Under the pieces are notes generated by a model. That model did no database searches, was not told where the DNA came from, and saw only the letters and a program-made list of their open reading frames with translations. Both the position numbers and the translations under genes were made by a program. 64,000 bases of DNA from an uncultured cyanobacterium (lineage in GTDB: Bacteria; Cyanobacteriota; Cyanobacteriia; Pseudanabaenales; Pseudanabaenaceae): the NCBI GenBank assembly GCA_963703315.1, contig OY969811.1, positions 1,856,001-1,920,000 of the forward strand, given 5' to 3'. Shown piece by piece: positions 9,626 through 19,313 of this stretch (position 1 is the first letter of the stretch; every line of letters begins with the position of its first letter).

Positions 9626-9952
9626 TTAACGAAAAGAATTAGAGCGGTGATAGTCGTAATCAGAAGCTTGATAGACAGAGTTGTATTGTTGCTGATGGAA
9701 TAGTTCTTCAATCCAGATCCTTACTTCTGCTTCAGAACCAAAGGATGCAGAACGATTAGTATTAGGATCATAGACTTCCCAATAGTCATTACCAAAGCGG
9801 TCTTGACGCTGCCAAATTTTGATTTCTGATTGAGAGTTGAAATATTCGACAAGGCGATCGCCTAATCTTCTGAGGTATTCCACGATATTGAAACGTGATG
9901 ATTGATTATGATCAGCGCTTGATTCCAGTGGTTGAGGGATGGGGGTATTCAT
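9626..9952 (-). CDS. Conserved-looking cyanobacterial hypothetical protein
   Basis: EIKIWQRQDRFGNDYWEVYDP...FGSEAEVRIWIEE motif. Confidence 0.75.
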   Translation of the reverse strand: MNTPIPQPLESSADHNQSSRFNIVEYLRRLGDRLVEYFNSQSEIKIWQRQDRFGNDYWEVYDPNTNRSASFGSEAEVRIWIEELFHQQQYNSVYQASDYDYHRSNSFR

Positions 9953-10154
9953 GGCGGTTATTTAGTCGTTACTTGCGAATGACTGCATACTAAAGCGATC
10001 GCTTTAGTCTCTGAATCCCCTGTTTCGTCTCAGCCGATCGACTCCCCCGATTGGATGAATCAATCGATAAAAAACACCCCGCGATCGCGGGTATTGCGAA
10101 AGCCTTGAATGAGGTGATGCTGTGGGATAGCAAATCTAAGTTGGAGACAAATTT

Positions 10155-10367
10155 ATGCAGAGCATCGCAACTCCTGCGCTTTTTAGTCAGGCGATCGCCA
10201 AACATCCCTGTCACAATCAAAACTCTGACCTTGAAATATGCCTCAATACTTTCGTGCGTAGAGCTTTACATATTACTTCCACTGGTGAATACTCTGTAGA
10301 TACAGCCTTAGCAATTCTCGATCATGCATGGACTGCTCAAAAATTAATCTGGAGTCTCAGAGAATAA
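10155..10367 (+). CDS. Small hypothetical protein
   Basis: GGAG 6-7 nt before ATG; ends just upstream of the kinase gene. Confidence 0.5.
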   Translation: MQSIATPALFSQAIAKHPCHNQNSDLEICLNTFVRRALHITSTGEYSVDTALAILDHAWTAQKLIWSLRE

Positions 10368-10394
10368 ATAGAAGCAAGAATCTAAGATCCCCCG

Positions 10395-11813
10395 ATGAAT
10401 TTTTCAAAATCAAGTAAACAGGGTAAAGCCATGAGGCTCAGCCGTATCGTCAAACGCCTAGTTTCTCCAGAGAGTAATATTTCGTCAGAATTTTTAGCTT
10501 GGCGAAAACAGTTTTTCGCTGAACGCATTCAACTGATTGCTTGGACGATTTGGGCAGTTTTAATTCTAGTGACAATTTTAAACTTTACAGTTGTGATCCC
10601 TAGCCTGAACGCAACGGGCGATCCCAAATTGATGTTTAACACGGCGCGATCGCAATCTTATTTAGAAAGCTTGGTGATTCAACTTATTTGTTTTTCCCTT
10701 GGCTTAGTCATTTGCCGATCGCGTTGGGTTTATCAAAATCCTGCTAGGTGTTTTCTGCTCCTCAATGCCCTAGTGATTTTACCGACTCAGATCAATTCAT
10801 TATGGCAAGGTAAAATCAGCCTCGATTCTTCACTATGGCTAATCTATTATTCGCTACAAGCCTTTATCGTGCCAGTACATTGGCGACTGCATTTGCTTTG
10901 CCAGATTACGCCTTTAGTATATGTTTTGATTGCCTTTCTCATTGGTTTACGCGATCCCAATATTGACCTATTAGCTAATTATTTGATGACGGGAGTTTAT
11001 ACAATTGTCCTTTGTGCGATCGCTGATTCGGGAGCATTTCTGTTTGAGCGATCGCGGCGGCGGGAAATGGAGTTAAGGCAGCAGTTACGCGCTTTTATCC
11101 ATGCGGTATCCCATGATTTACGCAATCCAGTATTAGGTGCAGTGATGACTCTCAAGAGTTTTCTGAAACCTTCTGAATCAATGGCAACAATTCCAATGGA
11201 ATTACTAGAACAAATGATTGCTAGTGGTGAGCGTCAGGTCGAGTTAGTGAATACGCTTTTAGAAACCCATGCCACCGAGTTACAGGGAGTCGCCATTCAT
11301 CCACAAACTGTTTTTTTACATGAATTGGTGGCAAGTATTCTCAAGGACTTTCAGCCTTTCTTTGAGCAAGAACGTACTATTGTAAAGAATATCATCCCCC
11401 ATGATTTACCTTCTATCAATATCGATCCTTTGCAGTTTCGGCGCGTCTATGAAAACTTAATTTCTAACGCGCTCAAATACAATCGCACAGGTCTACAAAT
11501 CACTTTAGATGCGGAAACTTTTGAAAGTAAACGGCAACCTAAAAAGTTGTTAAGTAAATCCAAAAACCCAGCAATAACAACTTGGATGCGCTGCACCGTC
11601 AGCGATAACGGCATCGGTATTCCTCCTGAACAATGCGATCGCCTCTTTGATTTATACAGCCGTGGACGTGACCAAAGGAGATCGCTCAGTCTCGGATTAG
11701 GACTATATATGTGTCGCCAGATTATCTCCGCCCACGGTGGTGAAATTGGGGTGATCAGTAGCCCCGAAAAAGGTTCGACTTTTTGGTTCACAGTTCCCAT
11801 TGTCCAAAATTAG
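10395..11813 (+). CDS. Membrane-bound sensor histidine kinase
   Basis: About 6 TMs; H-box SHDLRNP; NLISNALKY, DNGIGI, GLGLY, GSTFWF. Confidence 0.93.
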   Translation: MNFSKSSKQGKAMRLSRIVKRLVSPESNISSEFLAWRKQFFAERIQLIAWTIWAVLILVTILNFTVVIPSLNATGDPKLMFNTARSQSYLESLVIQLICFSLGLVICRSRWVYQNPARCFLLLNALVILPTQINSLWQGKISLDSSLWLIYYSLQAFIVPVHWRLHLLCQITPLVYVLIAFLIGLRDPNIDLLANYLMTGVYTIVLCAIADSGAFLFERSRRREMELRQQLRAFIHAVSHDLRNPVLGAVMTLKSFLKPSESMATIPMELLEQMIASGERQVELVNTLLETHATELQGVAIHPQTVFLHELVASILKDFQPFFEQERTIVKNIIPHDLPSINIDPLQFRRVYENLISNALKYNRTGLQITLDAETFESKRQPKKLLSKSKNPAITTWMRCTVSDNGIGIPPEQCDRLFDLYSRGRDQRRSLSLGLGLYMCRQIISAHGGEIGVISSPEKGSTFWFTVPIVQN

Positions 11814-11836
11814 GCTAGAAATTCTTAATAATTACT

Positions 11837-12616
11837 ATGAATATCCATTCCACCAATCATCAATCTACTCACAAAAATATCCGTCTCGCATTATTTTGGG
11901 CAGTCTTAGGCGGATTCGGAACCCTTGCAGGTTTTCCCTATATCTTGTCACTCATGCCCACATCGGCAACTCCACCCGTTCCCTTGCCAATTTTGGCGAT
12001 CGCTGGCGCGGTTCAGTCGGGAGTTGTGATGTTCTTTTTAAGCTGGATTGGCTTACGTCTAGGGCGATCGCTTGGACTAGATACTCCCTTTGCCCGTGCT
12101 TTTGTCTATGGTGCAAAATTACCCAAAGTCTCAAAAATAGGACTAAGACTATCTCTAGTTAGTGGCATACTCGGCGGCGCAATTTTAGTGATTCTCGCTT
12201 TATTATTCCAGCCTCTCATGCCACAGACATCTACATCCGCTTCCTTAAATATCGATCTCTGGAAACGATTGTTGGCGGCTTTTTATGGTGGAATTACAGA
12301 AGAGATTCTCCTGCGATTATTTTTAATGACGCTGATTACTTGGATACTTTGGAAAAGTGGTTTGAGAACGAAAAATCATTCTACAAAATTAGCTTTCTGG
12401 ATCGCGATCGCGGCGGCGGCTTTAATCTTTGCGATCGCCCATTTACCAGTTGCCATAACCATCTGGACATTAACCCCGATTGTAATTATCCGCACGCTTT
12501 TACTAAATTCCCTGTTAGGCGTTGCCTTTGGCTATCTCTACTGGCGCTGGGGATTGGAATATGCAATTTTCTCTCACTTTCTCGCTGGGCTAGTTTTGCA
12601 TGGCATCGGTGGATAA
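11837..12616 (+). CDS. CPBP (CAAX/Abi) intramembrane glutamic endopeptidase
   Basis: EEILLR, FAIAH, GLEYAIFSHF. Confidence 0.9.
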   Translation: MNIHSTNHQSTHKNIRLALFWAVLGGFGTLAGFPYILSLMPTSATPPVPLPILAIAGAVQSGVVMFFLSWIGLRLGRSLGLDTPFARAFVYGAKLPKVSKIGLRLSLVSGILGGAILVILALLFQPLMPQTSTSASLNIDLWKRLLAAFYGGITEEILLRLFLMTLITWILWKSGLRTKNHSTKLAFWIAIAAAALIFAIAHLPVAITIWTLTPIVIIRTLLLNSLLGVAFGYLYWRWGLEYAIFSHFLAGLVLHGIGG

Positions 12617-12865
12617 TTATGTATGGTAGGCGATCATGGAATCATCTTCTGTAAACTGCTCGATCGCTTCTAGCATTCCCTCTGAGTATGGCTCTAAGAT
12701 AGTAGTGCAAACGTGAAGTTCAGCTAGGGCATTACAGAACTCATCGGAGTCTGGACTCGTTGTTTCGAGAATGTTAATGGCTGCAATGGCGCGTTTTAGT
12801 TGGGGTTGGTATTCTGCCATGTGACGCTTGAGGCGATCAATTGGTTGTTTATAAGTTGTGTTCAT
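12617..12865 (-). CDS. Small acidic hypothetical protein
   Basis: 82 aa, ATGA overlap with upstream 64-aa ORF. Confidence 0.7.
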   Translation of the reverse strand: MNTTYKQPIDRLKRHMAEYQPQLKRAIAAINILETTSPDSDEFCNALAELHVCTTILEPYSEGMLEAIEQFTEDDSMIAYHT

Positions 12866-13056
12866 CTTTTGAGTCTCCTTTCTAGTTTTGCGATTTGGTT
12901 ATGACAGTTTGCTACGGTTTTCTCCCAGTGGGCAATTAACCCTAAATCTTGATTTTCAATTGGCTTTTCTCTTTCTTTTGCCAGTTTTTGTAAATGTTCT
13001 TCAAGTGCTTTGTATTGTCCTTCTAATTGAATGCGGTACTTTTTGTTGTCAGTCAT
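12862..13056 (-). CDS. Small basic coiled-coil hypothetical protein
   Basis: 64 aa, EEHLQKL...IAHWEK...LERRL; coupled to next gene. Confidence 0.7.
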   Translation of the reverse strand: MTDNKKYRIQLEGQYKALEEHLQKLAKEREKPIENQDLGLIAHWEKTVANCHNQIAKLERRLKR

Positions 13057-13112
13057 TACTTCTGGTGTAGAATTTTAAAGTTTTTCAAACCTGCTTGTGG
13101 TGAAATCGCCAT

Positions 13113-13175
13113 GATGATCATCCTCTTATCGTAGTTACATTTTATATCGCTGATCGCTAAATCTACATAGCAATC
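13113..13175. repeat. Direct repeat A, copy 1
   Basis: About 63 bp, about 6 mismatches to 13840-13902. Confidence 0.9.
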
Positions 13176-13190
13176 TCGTCCACGTTATTT

Positions 13191-13559
13191 TTACTGATCG
13201 CGTTGCTGATAAATACGGATACGTCCACGCTGAATTATCCAGAGATTTCCTGTGATGTTCTCACGCTCTAATCCTCCGATTAGAGTCTGAATAGCGTCAG
13301 TCAAATCATCTATTGTGGCTCTATTAGGAAGTCTTAACACAGCAATCCCTTTGTATTCAGATGGAATGTATTGTAGAGGATTACTAAAATCTAGATCTAG
13401 AGTAACAAGGCAGCGATCTTCTGCTTGGCAAACTTTGATGACAGTTGGATCGGATGCTGATGTTAGTCCTTGTTCAAGTACTGTAGAAACATCGTAACCT
13501 GCTTGTTTTAGTTGATTGATTCCTCTTTGACCAATATTCTCGTCTAGTTTAAATTTCAT
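13191..13559 (-). CDS. DUF5615 PIN-like toxin
   Basis: MKFKLDEN, D..V...C..E.R.LVTLDLDF. Confidence 0.88.
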   Translation of the reverse strand: MKFKLDENIGQRGINQLKQAGYDVSTVLEQGLTSASDPTVIKVCQAEDRCLVTLDLDFSNPLQYIPSEYKGIAVLRLPNRATIDDLTDAIQTLIGGLERENITGNLWIIQRGRIRIYQQRDQ

Positions 13560-13804
13560 GCTGATTGCTCGATGGGAATATCAATATAACGATCGCTTGA
13601 CATGGCAGCTCCATAGGCAATGCAAGCATAAATGTCTTCTGGTTGTAGTTGGGGATATTCTTCTAGGATTTCAGGAATGCTAGTGCCACTGGCTAGAAAG
13701 TCGAGAATTAGGGATACCCAAATGCGATGTCCACGAATACAGGGTTTTCCAAAACAGATATTAGGATTAATTGAGATTCGGTTTAATAGTTCTTTTTGTT
13801 TCAT
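13556..13804 (-). CDS. DUF433 antitoxin
   Basis: RISINPNICFGKPCIRGHRI...EEYPQL..EDIYACIAY. Confidence 0.92.
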   Translation of the reverse strand: MKQKELLNRISINPNICFGKPCIRGHRIWVSLILDFLASGTSIPEILEEYPQLQPEDIYACIAYGAAMSSDRYIDIPIEQSA

Positions 13805-13839
13805 AACTTTATTTTGGGATTATTCTAGACATCTAATGC

Positions 13840-13902
13840 GATGATCATCCTCTTATCGTGGTTATATTTTATATCGCCGATCTCTAAATCTACATGGCGA
13901 TC
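13840..13902. repeat. Direct repeat A, copy 2
   Basis: Matches 13113-13175; runs into HIP1 at 13897. Confidence 0.9.
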
Positions 13903-14062
13903 GCTTCTCGTCAAACCTAAACAAAACCCAATCATCGCGTTGGTACTAAACAATCGGCGATCGCCCATTACTTGAGGATGCTGATTATGATCGGTGATCG
14001 CTGTCAATGTTACAGAAAATTGCTGACGCTCTCAATCAAAAGGTTGAGATTAAGTTTTCAGC
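13897..14062 (+). pseudogene. Direct repeat B copy 1: C-terminal fragment of an XRE/HTH antitoxin gene
   Basis: VGTKQSAIA / frameshift / LEDADYD..SLSMLQKIADALNQKVEIKFS; bounded by HIP1 at 13897 and 14061. Confidence 0.8.
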
Positions 14063-14272
14063 GATCGCGCCTTGAGACGGGTTTGGTATAGTCTCTGTAA
14101 CCTGCATTTTTACATGATCGATCCCATCCCCAAGTGCTGCGATCAGTTTAGTTCTGCCATTCATTACGTCATCCCAACCTCGCCGAAAACTTTCTATCGC
14201 AGGTTCAAGTTCCTGTGAGGTTTTTTGTGAAGGTAGATTTTGAGATTTTTGTTGAATTGGCGGTTTGTGCAT
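14036..14272 (-). pseudogene. Degenerate antitoxin remnant without toxin partner
   Basis: PAIESFRRGWDDVMNGRT..I..L.DGID resembles the antitoxin C-terminus at 49700-49824. Confidence 0.55.
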
Positions 14273-14290
14273 TTTGTTGCTTCCTAATAG

Positions 14291-14710
14291 TTATTTTAAA
14301 ATCAAATTCTGGAAATGTTGGTATGAAATAATTTCTACACCTTGAAAAGGGTTTAATATCAACAAATCTGCATCACCTGTGACTAGGTAATTTGCATGAC
14401 CTGATACGGCTAAATCCAAGAGGAAATTATCTTTTGCGTCTCGACAATCTTCAAAATGATGAGTAATTTCAATCAATTCAACTTTTTCATAGAGAAGTGT
14501 CACTAAATCTTCAATGGCGATTTCTGAAAAGTATTTTTTAAATTTTGGACGTTTCAAAACTTTAATTAATTCGCCAAATAGGTCATCGCTAAATAGAACG
14601 ATTACTCGATCGCTAATAATGGCTTGGCTCAGACCTGTAAGTGATTTGCCAATGAGAAAGCTAATCCAAATATTCGTGTCGATAACAAGGCGAAGTGGAT
14701 TACCTTGCAT
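14291..14710 (-). CDS. PIN-domain (VapC-like) toxin
   Basis: LVIDTNIWIS, CRDAKDNFLLDLA, LVTGDADLL. Confidence 0.92.
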   Translation of the reverse strand: MQGNPLRLVIDTNIWISFLIGKSLTGLSQAIISDRVIVLFSDDLFGELIKVLKRPKFKKYFSEIAIEDLVTLLYEKVELIEITHHFEDCRDAKDNFLLDLAVSGHANYLVTGDADLLILNPFQGVEIISYQHFQNLILK

Positions 14711-14918
14711 GATAATTTGCTTGCCTTACGGCTTCAACTTCTTGAGTAATATCTTCTAAACTTAGCTCATCAGTTTGTACTGAACTTAAAAATTTATTGA
14801 ATCTCACTGAAAATGTGTCTTTTTCGAGCAACTGTAATAATTCGAGCTTTTCTTGTAGGTTGCATTGCGAAATTACTGTTTTAAGTTGAGAAAAGTCTAT
14901 GGAGATGGACACATTCAT
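14700..14918 (-). CDS. VapB-type antitoxin
   Basis: MNVSISIDFSQL...LSLEDITQEVEAVRQ; overlaps the PIN gene start; start reassigned to third Met. Confidence 0.8.
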   Translation of the reverse strand: MNVSISIDFSQLKTVISQCNLQEKLELLQLLEKDTFSVRFNKFLSSVQTDELSLEDITQEVEAVRQANYHAR

Positions 14919-14971
14919 TTTTGCCGTCCTACAAAAAATCATTAGCATTTGGATACTGCTAACATTGTACA

Positions 14972-15126
14972 GCGATCGCCTCTAGTCAAACCCAATCATC
15001 TCGTTGGTACTAAACAATCGGCGATCGCCCATTACTTGAGGATGCTCATTGTGATGGGCGATCGCTATCAATGTTAAAGAAAATTGCTGACGTTCTCAAT
15101 CAAAAAGTTGAGATTAAGTTTTCAGC
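14972..15126 (+). pseudogene. Direct repeat B copy 2 (same XRE/HTH fragment, same frameshift)
   Basis: Near-identical to 13897-14062; starts at HIP1. Confidence 0.8.
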
Positions 15127-15195
15127 AGTTATACTAAAACAATTTTAAGTTACACTAAAGCAATATACAATGGTCAGCTTTAGGCATTTATACAT

Positions 15196-15387
15196 ATGTC
15201 AATCAAATCTGTGAAAGTTGTAAACATATCGAATCTAAAAAAGTTAGAACTCTCAATTAATGATGAAGCGAAAGTTCTAAAAGTCGAAGGGTTTATCAGG
15301 GGAGAGAGAGTTTGGACACATCTTCTATCTTATCCAATATCTGAGGATGAGGCTTTAGAAAAGTTCAAGAACAATTTTGAGAGCTAA
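15196..15387 (+). CDS. Hypothetical protein (AT-rich islet)
   Basis: 63-aa ATG ORF. Confidence 0.5.
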   Translation: MSIKSVKVVNISNLKKLELSINDEAKVLKVEGFIRGERVWTHLLSYPISEDEALEKFKNNFES

Positions 15388-15404
15388 AAATCTTCTGCAA
15401 GCGT

Positions 15405-15686
15405 ATGTTAGAAATATTTTCCGCTTTAACTGGGATAGTAATCCCAGCTTTGATTGCAATAGGAATTCTTGGACTTGCGTTTATTATCTGGATTGTAATA
15501 CCTCTAATAATAGAAGATCCAAAAACTTGTATTAAGTCGGCTGTCCCTTTTATATGGATTGCTTCAGTAATTTATTATCTTGTTGTCTATGGAAGTTCTA
15601 TGCTGACAAGTGCTTCATCTTTTATGGGGTTTCTAGCGATTTTTTTTGGTGGAGCTTTCATAGTATCTTGGCTTGATGATTGGTAA
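15405..15686 (+). CDS. Small 3-TM membrane protein
   Basis: 93 aa, three hydrophobic segments. Confidence 0.6.
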   Translation: MLEIFSALTGIVIPALIAIGILGLAFIIWIVIPLIIEDPKTCIKSAVPFIWIASVIYYLVVYGSSMLTSASSFMGFLAIFFGGAFIVSWLDDW

Positions 15687-15774
15687 TGGAATTTAGCAAC
15701 AGAGAAATTAAACGATTGTATAGACTGATCTTGATCATACTCTTATCTTAGTTATATTTTGCGATACACTAGCT

Positions 15775-16443
15775 TCAGTCTTTGTTCGTAAGAGAGTTTG
15801 GCTTAATATCATATTTATATCTAGCCATAAAACTTTGAACATTTTTATAATCAAAATATTCAATATATTCCCAAGTAGTTTGATAAAATTCAGGCAGTTT
15901 TTTATTACTATTTTTATTGCCAATTATATTAAGCCAGTATTTTAGATAAGGCTCAAAATCACTTTTATCTAATAACCCAGATTCAATAGAAGCTTCAAAT
16001 CTCCCTAAATAGTCAAAGAAGATATCAAAATAATCTCTAATCAAAGATTGACGAGGTGAAAAGTCTCCTTCTCTAGTTGCTCTCAGAGATAGACATAATT
16101 CACTATTTATATTGTCATTATCTAACTCGAATTTTATACCTTTTGAAAGTTGTATAGCTCGAATATCCCAATCAAGCATCATCATTACTTTTTGAACTGC
16201 TAGGTCTGATCTAAACTCTTTGATTTCTCTAGCTGCGAATTCAGATCTTTTCCATTTTTGCTCTTTTTCATATTGCTCACTACCTCTCCAAAAAAGAAAA
16301 AAACCAATGATTGGGGTAATAACACTAACCACTTCTTTGATTAAGATAATTAAATCTTTGTTCTGCTCAGGGAAGTAAAAAATTACAGTGATCGTAACTA
16401 TTATTAGTAAAAAAATAATTATATAAGTATATTTGTTCAACAT
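15775..16443 (-). CDS. Hypothetical protein, two N-terminal TMs plus helical domain
   Basis: 222 aa in AT-rich DNA; QY..EQKWKRSEFAA, FFDYLGRFE..I.SGL motifs. Confidence 0.75.
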   Translation of the reverse strand: MLNKYTYIIIFLLIIVTITVIFYFPEQNKDLIILIKEVVSVITPIIGFFLFWRGSEQYEKEQKWKRSEFAAREIKEFRSDLAVQKVMMMLDWDIRAIQLSKGIKFELDNDNINSELCLSLRATREGDFSPRQSLIRDYFDIFFDYLGRFEASIESGLLDKSDFEPYLKYWLNIIGNKNSNKKLPEFYQTTWEYIEYFDYKNVQSFMARYKYDIKPNSLTNKD

Positions 16444-16511
16444 AAAAAAGTAAATTTTAGTTGTGGTTTATATTAATTGCTTTGGTAAGGTAATTTTATT
16501 TTTGAGAAAAT

Positions 16512-16937
16512 CTAAAATCTATTAAGTAGCTCTCTTTTTTTTTGCTCAAATTCTTGCTGAGTTATTAATCCTTCTTTCATTAGCTCGCCAAGTTGTCTAA
16601 TTTGATTAGGAATATCTATATTGTTTGAAGCTTCTAGATAAACGGTTTGACCTTCAATGAAAGATTTTTGTTCAATACCAATCAACCATTCAAAAGCATC
16701 ACTCATAGCAGAAAAAGATCCCCAAGCCTTCCTAATGTCATGAGGATCAAGTAATCTGCAATGACCTGTTAGCTTGTTTTTTTGTAATCGCCAACCTTCA
16801 TATGAAGTAATTGTGTCCCAGAAAACTTTACCACCCATAGTAGGAGATTCTACATTTGGCATAGAGCCTATATATTCGCAGAATTTGCCAATAACTTGGG
16901 GATTAGCAACTAATGTAATAAGTCCTTTTTGTAGCAT
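16512..16937 (-). CDS. SHOCT-domain protein
   Basis: C-terminal IRQLGELMKEGLITQQEFEQKKRELL; central GGKVFW...GWRLQKNKLTGHCRLLDP domain; start uncertain (TTG 16949 or ATG 16937). Confidence 0.8.
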   Translation of the reverse strand: MLQKGLITLVANPQVIGKFCEYIGSMPNVESPTMGGKVFWDTITSYEGWRLQKNKLTGHCRLLDPHDIRKAWGSFSAMSDAFEWLIGIEQKSFIEGQTVYLEASNNIDIPNQIRQLGELMKEGLITQQEFEQKKRELLNRF

Positions 16938-17203
16938 CTTAAATTTCAAACTCCTAAAACAATAAATGGATATTGATTATTGCCAACTTTTTTGTTGTGA
17001 ACTTTTCTTACTTCGTAAAATTTGTGAAATCGAATAAATTTCATAGTACTAGATACTTTGAGTAAAACAAGCAGCTTAACAAAAATAATAAATTAAACTG
17101 ATTTTTAGACAAATATATTTTTCTGGAATCAATACACAATAAGTAATTGGCTATTTTTAGCTAATGTTTGCAGCGATTTAGTCAGGCGATCGCCTAAACA
17201 TTA

Positions 17204-17473
17204 TTACTTCCCAATGAGACGTTCATACTCAGCGTGCGTACCAATCCAAAACCAAGAAATTCCCTTCTCAACCTCAATTCCCACTGCCCGATATTCCTTA
17301 CTAATTCTTACTGACCAATACTTCCCAACTCTCTTTAAGTGCAAAGATGGATGCGATGGATTAGTTTTGAGTAACTCATAACTTTGATCGGCAATCTCTT
17401 GAATAGTTTCAGGTAAAGCTTTGTAATATCCCCAAAATCGTCTGGTTGTGAAGTGCATTAGATTTGCTTGCAA
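17204..17473 (-). CDS. RelE/ParE-like toxin
   Basis: FWGYYKALP...NPSHPSLHLKRVGKYWSVRI...WFWIGTHAEYE; start uncertain. Confidence 0.85.
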   Translation of the reverse strand: MQANLMHFTTRRFWGYYKALPETIQEIADQSYELLKTNPSHPSLHLKRVGKYWSVRISKEYRAVGIEVEKGISWFWIGTHAEYERLIGK

Positions 17474-17655
17474 AATCCATTTTCAAAATCCTCAATCGCT
17501 TCCTGTGCTAAAAAATCTAACTTCCCCGACTCAATATCACTCTCTAACTGTTCATCCCAACGTTGATAATCTAAATCCAACAGCCAATCAATAACTTTAC
17601 GAAATTCGTTAGGAGGAAGTTCTAATATAGCCGACTCAATTTGTTGAATAGTCAT
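17458..17655 (-). CDS. Cognate antitoxin
   Basis: IESAILELP...WDEQLESDIESGKLDFLAQEA; overlaps toxin. Confidence 0.82.
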   Translation of the reverse strand: MTIQQIESAILELPPNEFRKVIDWLLDLDYQRWDEQLESDIESGKLDFLAQEAIEDFENGFCKQI

Positions 17656-17776
17656 CGTTTTAGATTTCTATAGAAAATAATTGTTTGCGCTGGTTAATTT
17701 GAGCGATCGCCAATCAATTGTAGCACTTTAATATTTTAGCTAATATTCGTAGCGATTAACATGGCATCGGCGGCAG

Positions 17777-18457
17777 TTAGCCCACTAAACCCGATCGCAA
17801 TGCTAATACTGCCGCTTGCACGCGATCGTTGACCAATAGCTTATTCATAATGCCGCGCACATAGGTCTTTACCGTATGTTCACTCAAATATAAAGCCTTG
17901 GCAATTTCTGGATTGCTGTAACCTTCAACGATCAAACGCAATACTTCCATTTCTCGATCTGAGAGCGTTCCCTGTGGAATTTGTGGTGTGTTTTTTGATG
18001 TAGGCGTGGCAATCTTGACCTGATCCACCACCAACTGAGCAATCTGAGCATCCAAATATGTCGCTCCCTCATGTACGACAGAGATCGCTTTCATTAGCTG
18101 CTCCACACTCGTACCCTTGACACAGTATCCATCCGCACCACTAGACAACGCCGCAAATACTTCCGTCCGTTCTGTATGCGATGTCAGCATGATCACCTTC
18201 ATCTGGGGCAGCACTTGCTTAATCTGTTGGGTTGCAGCAATCCCATCTAAGTGAGGCATTCCCACATCCATCAGCACCACATCTGGAAGCAGACTCGCTG
18301 CGGATTCAATCCCACCATAGCCGTCTTCAGCAATACCGACTATTTCAAACTGAGTATTAGCTCCCAGCAAATGTTTTAACCCGACCCGCACCATCGGATC
18401 ATCTTCGACAACTAGCAGTTTAATTTTTATTGATTCTAATGTTGATTGTTCACTCAT
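17777..18457 (-). CDS. NarL/LuxR family response regulator
   Basis: VVEDD, VLMDVGMP receiver; LSDREMEVL...TVKTYV HTH. Confidence 0.95.
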   Translation of the reverse strand: MSEQSTLESIKIKLLVVEDDPMVRVGLKHLLGANTQFEIVGIAEDGYGGIESAASLLPDVVLMDVGMPHLDGIAATQQIKQVLPQMKVIMLTSHTERTEVFAALSSGADGYCVKGTSVEQLMKAISVVHEGATYLDAQIAQLVVDQVKIATPTSKNTPQIPQGTLSDREMEVLRLIVEGYSNPEIAKALYLSEHTVKTYVRGIMNKLLVNDRVQAAVLALRSGLVG

Positions 18458-18559
18458 ATTGCTAGTTCATAATATATGGCTAGGATGTAGCACATTTAAC
18501 TCTAGATATTTTAGGCTTCGTATCACCATATCTACTAAATACCATGAGATTGAATTGAG

Positions 18560-19189
18560 ATGAATATTAATTTTGATAACGCCCAATGGATTAATCAGCC
18601 GCAACACTTCACCATCGGTCATGAGTCAATCACAATTACCACTGAACCTCATACTGACTTTTGGCAACGTACTTATTATGGATTTCAGCATGATAATGCT
18701 CCTGCACTTTTACTAACCAGCGATCGCAATTTTTCATTTACCACTAGAGTTTCCTTTAATTACCAAGCGAGATTTGATCAGACTGGTGTCATAATTTACA
18801 TGGATCGTGATAATTGGTTTAAGGCTTCCATTGAGTACGAAAATACTGATATGTCACGTCTAGGCAGTGTCGTCACTAATCAAGGCTATTCCGATTGGGC
18901 AACCACAGATATTTCAACAATTAGTTCCATTTGGTATCGTCTGAGCCGCCGAGGTGCTGATTTCTTGATTGAACATTCACTCAATGGAACAGACTTTAAG
19001 CAAATGCGAATTTTCCATCTATCTGCCCTTGGGGATACGGATGCGACTGTTGCTAAACTTGCGCCCACAGCTATACTCGCTCAATCAGTACGATTTGGTG
19101 TCTATGCCTGTAGTCCTCTTGACTCTTCTTTTATGGCTATATTTGAGTATTTGAGCCTTACTGATTCCCTATGGATGGCGCATGAATAG
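18560..19189 (+). CDS. DUF1349 domain protein
   Basis: TDFWQRTYYGF, WFKASIEYE, SVVTNQGYSDW, YACSP. Confidence 0.85.
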   Translation: MNINFDNAQWINQPQHFTIGHESITITTEPHTDFWQRTYYGFQHDNAPALLLTSDRNFSFTTRVSFNYQARFDQTGVIIYMDRDNWFKASIEYENTDMSRLGSVVTNQGYSDWATTDISTISSIWYRLSRRGADFLIEHSLNGTDFKQMRIFHLSALGDTDATVAKLAPTAILAQSVRFGVYACSPLDSSFMAIFEYLSLTDSLWMAHE

Positions 19190-19208
19190 GCTATTTTAGG
19201 CGATCGCT

Positions 19209-19300
19209 TAAGTAGCTATCAGAGCAAAAAACTGTGGCGCACACGTAGCGTGCGCCACAGTTTTTTGGGTTTGTACTAACCAACTCCTGCTTTGCTATAT
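19209..19300. repeat. Hybrid MITE-like element (agtagct left end, tttgctata right end) with hairpin
   Basis: aaaaaactgtggcgcac...gtgcgccacagtttttt; ends match two different families. Confidence 0.7.
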
Positions 19301-19313
19301 GCAACGCTAAAAT

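Noticed and set aside
9626..9637. Second TCT_TTT_CGT_TAA at a gene end (minus strand) as frameshift site
   Set aside because: +1 frame stops after ~19 codons; the downstream gene is in frame 0 with its own AGGAGG/ATG. Shows the motif alone is not sufficient evidence
13825..14007. 60-aa minus-strand ORF
   Set aside because: Lies entirely on repeats A2/B1, antisense to a pseudogene fragment
12617..17655. Classical integron
   Set aside because: No integrase in the window and no convincing RYYYAAC...GTTRRRY attC boxes by eye
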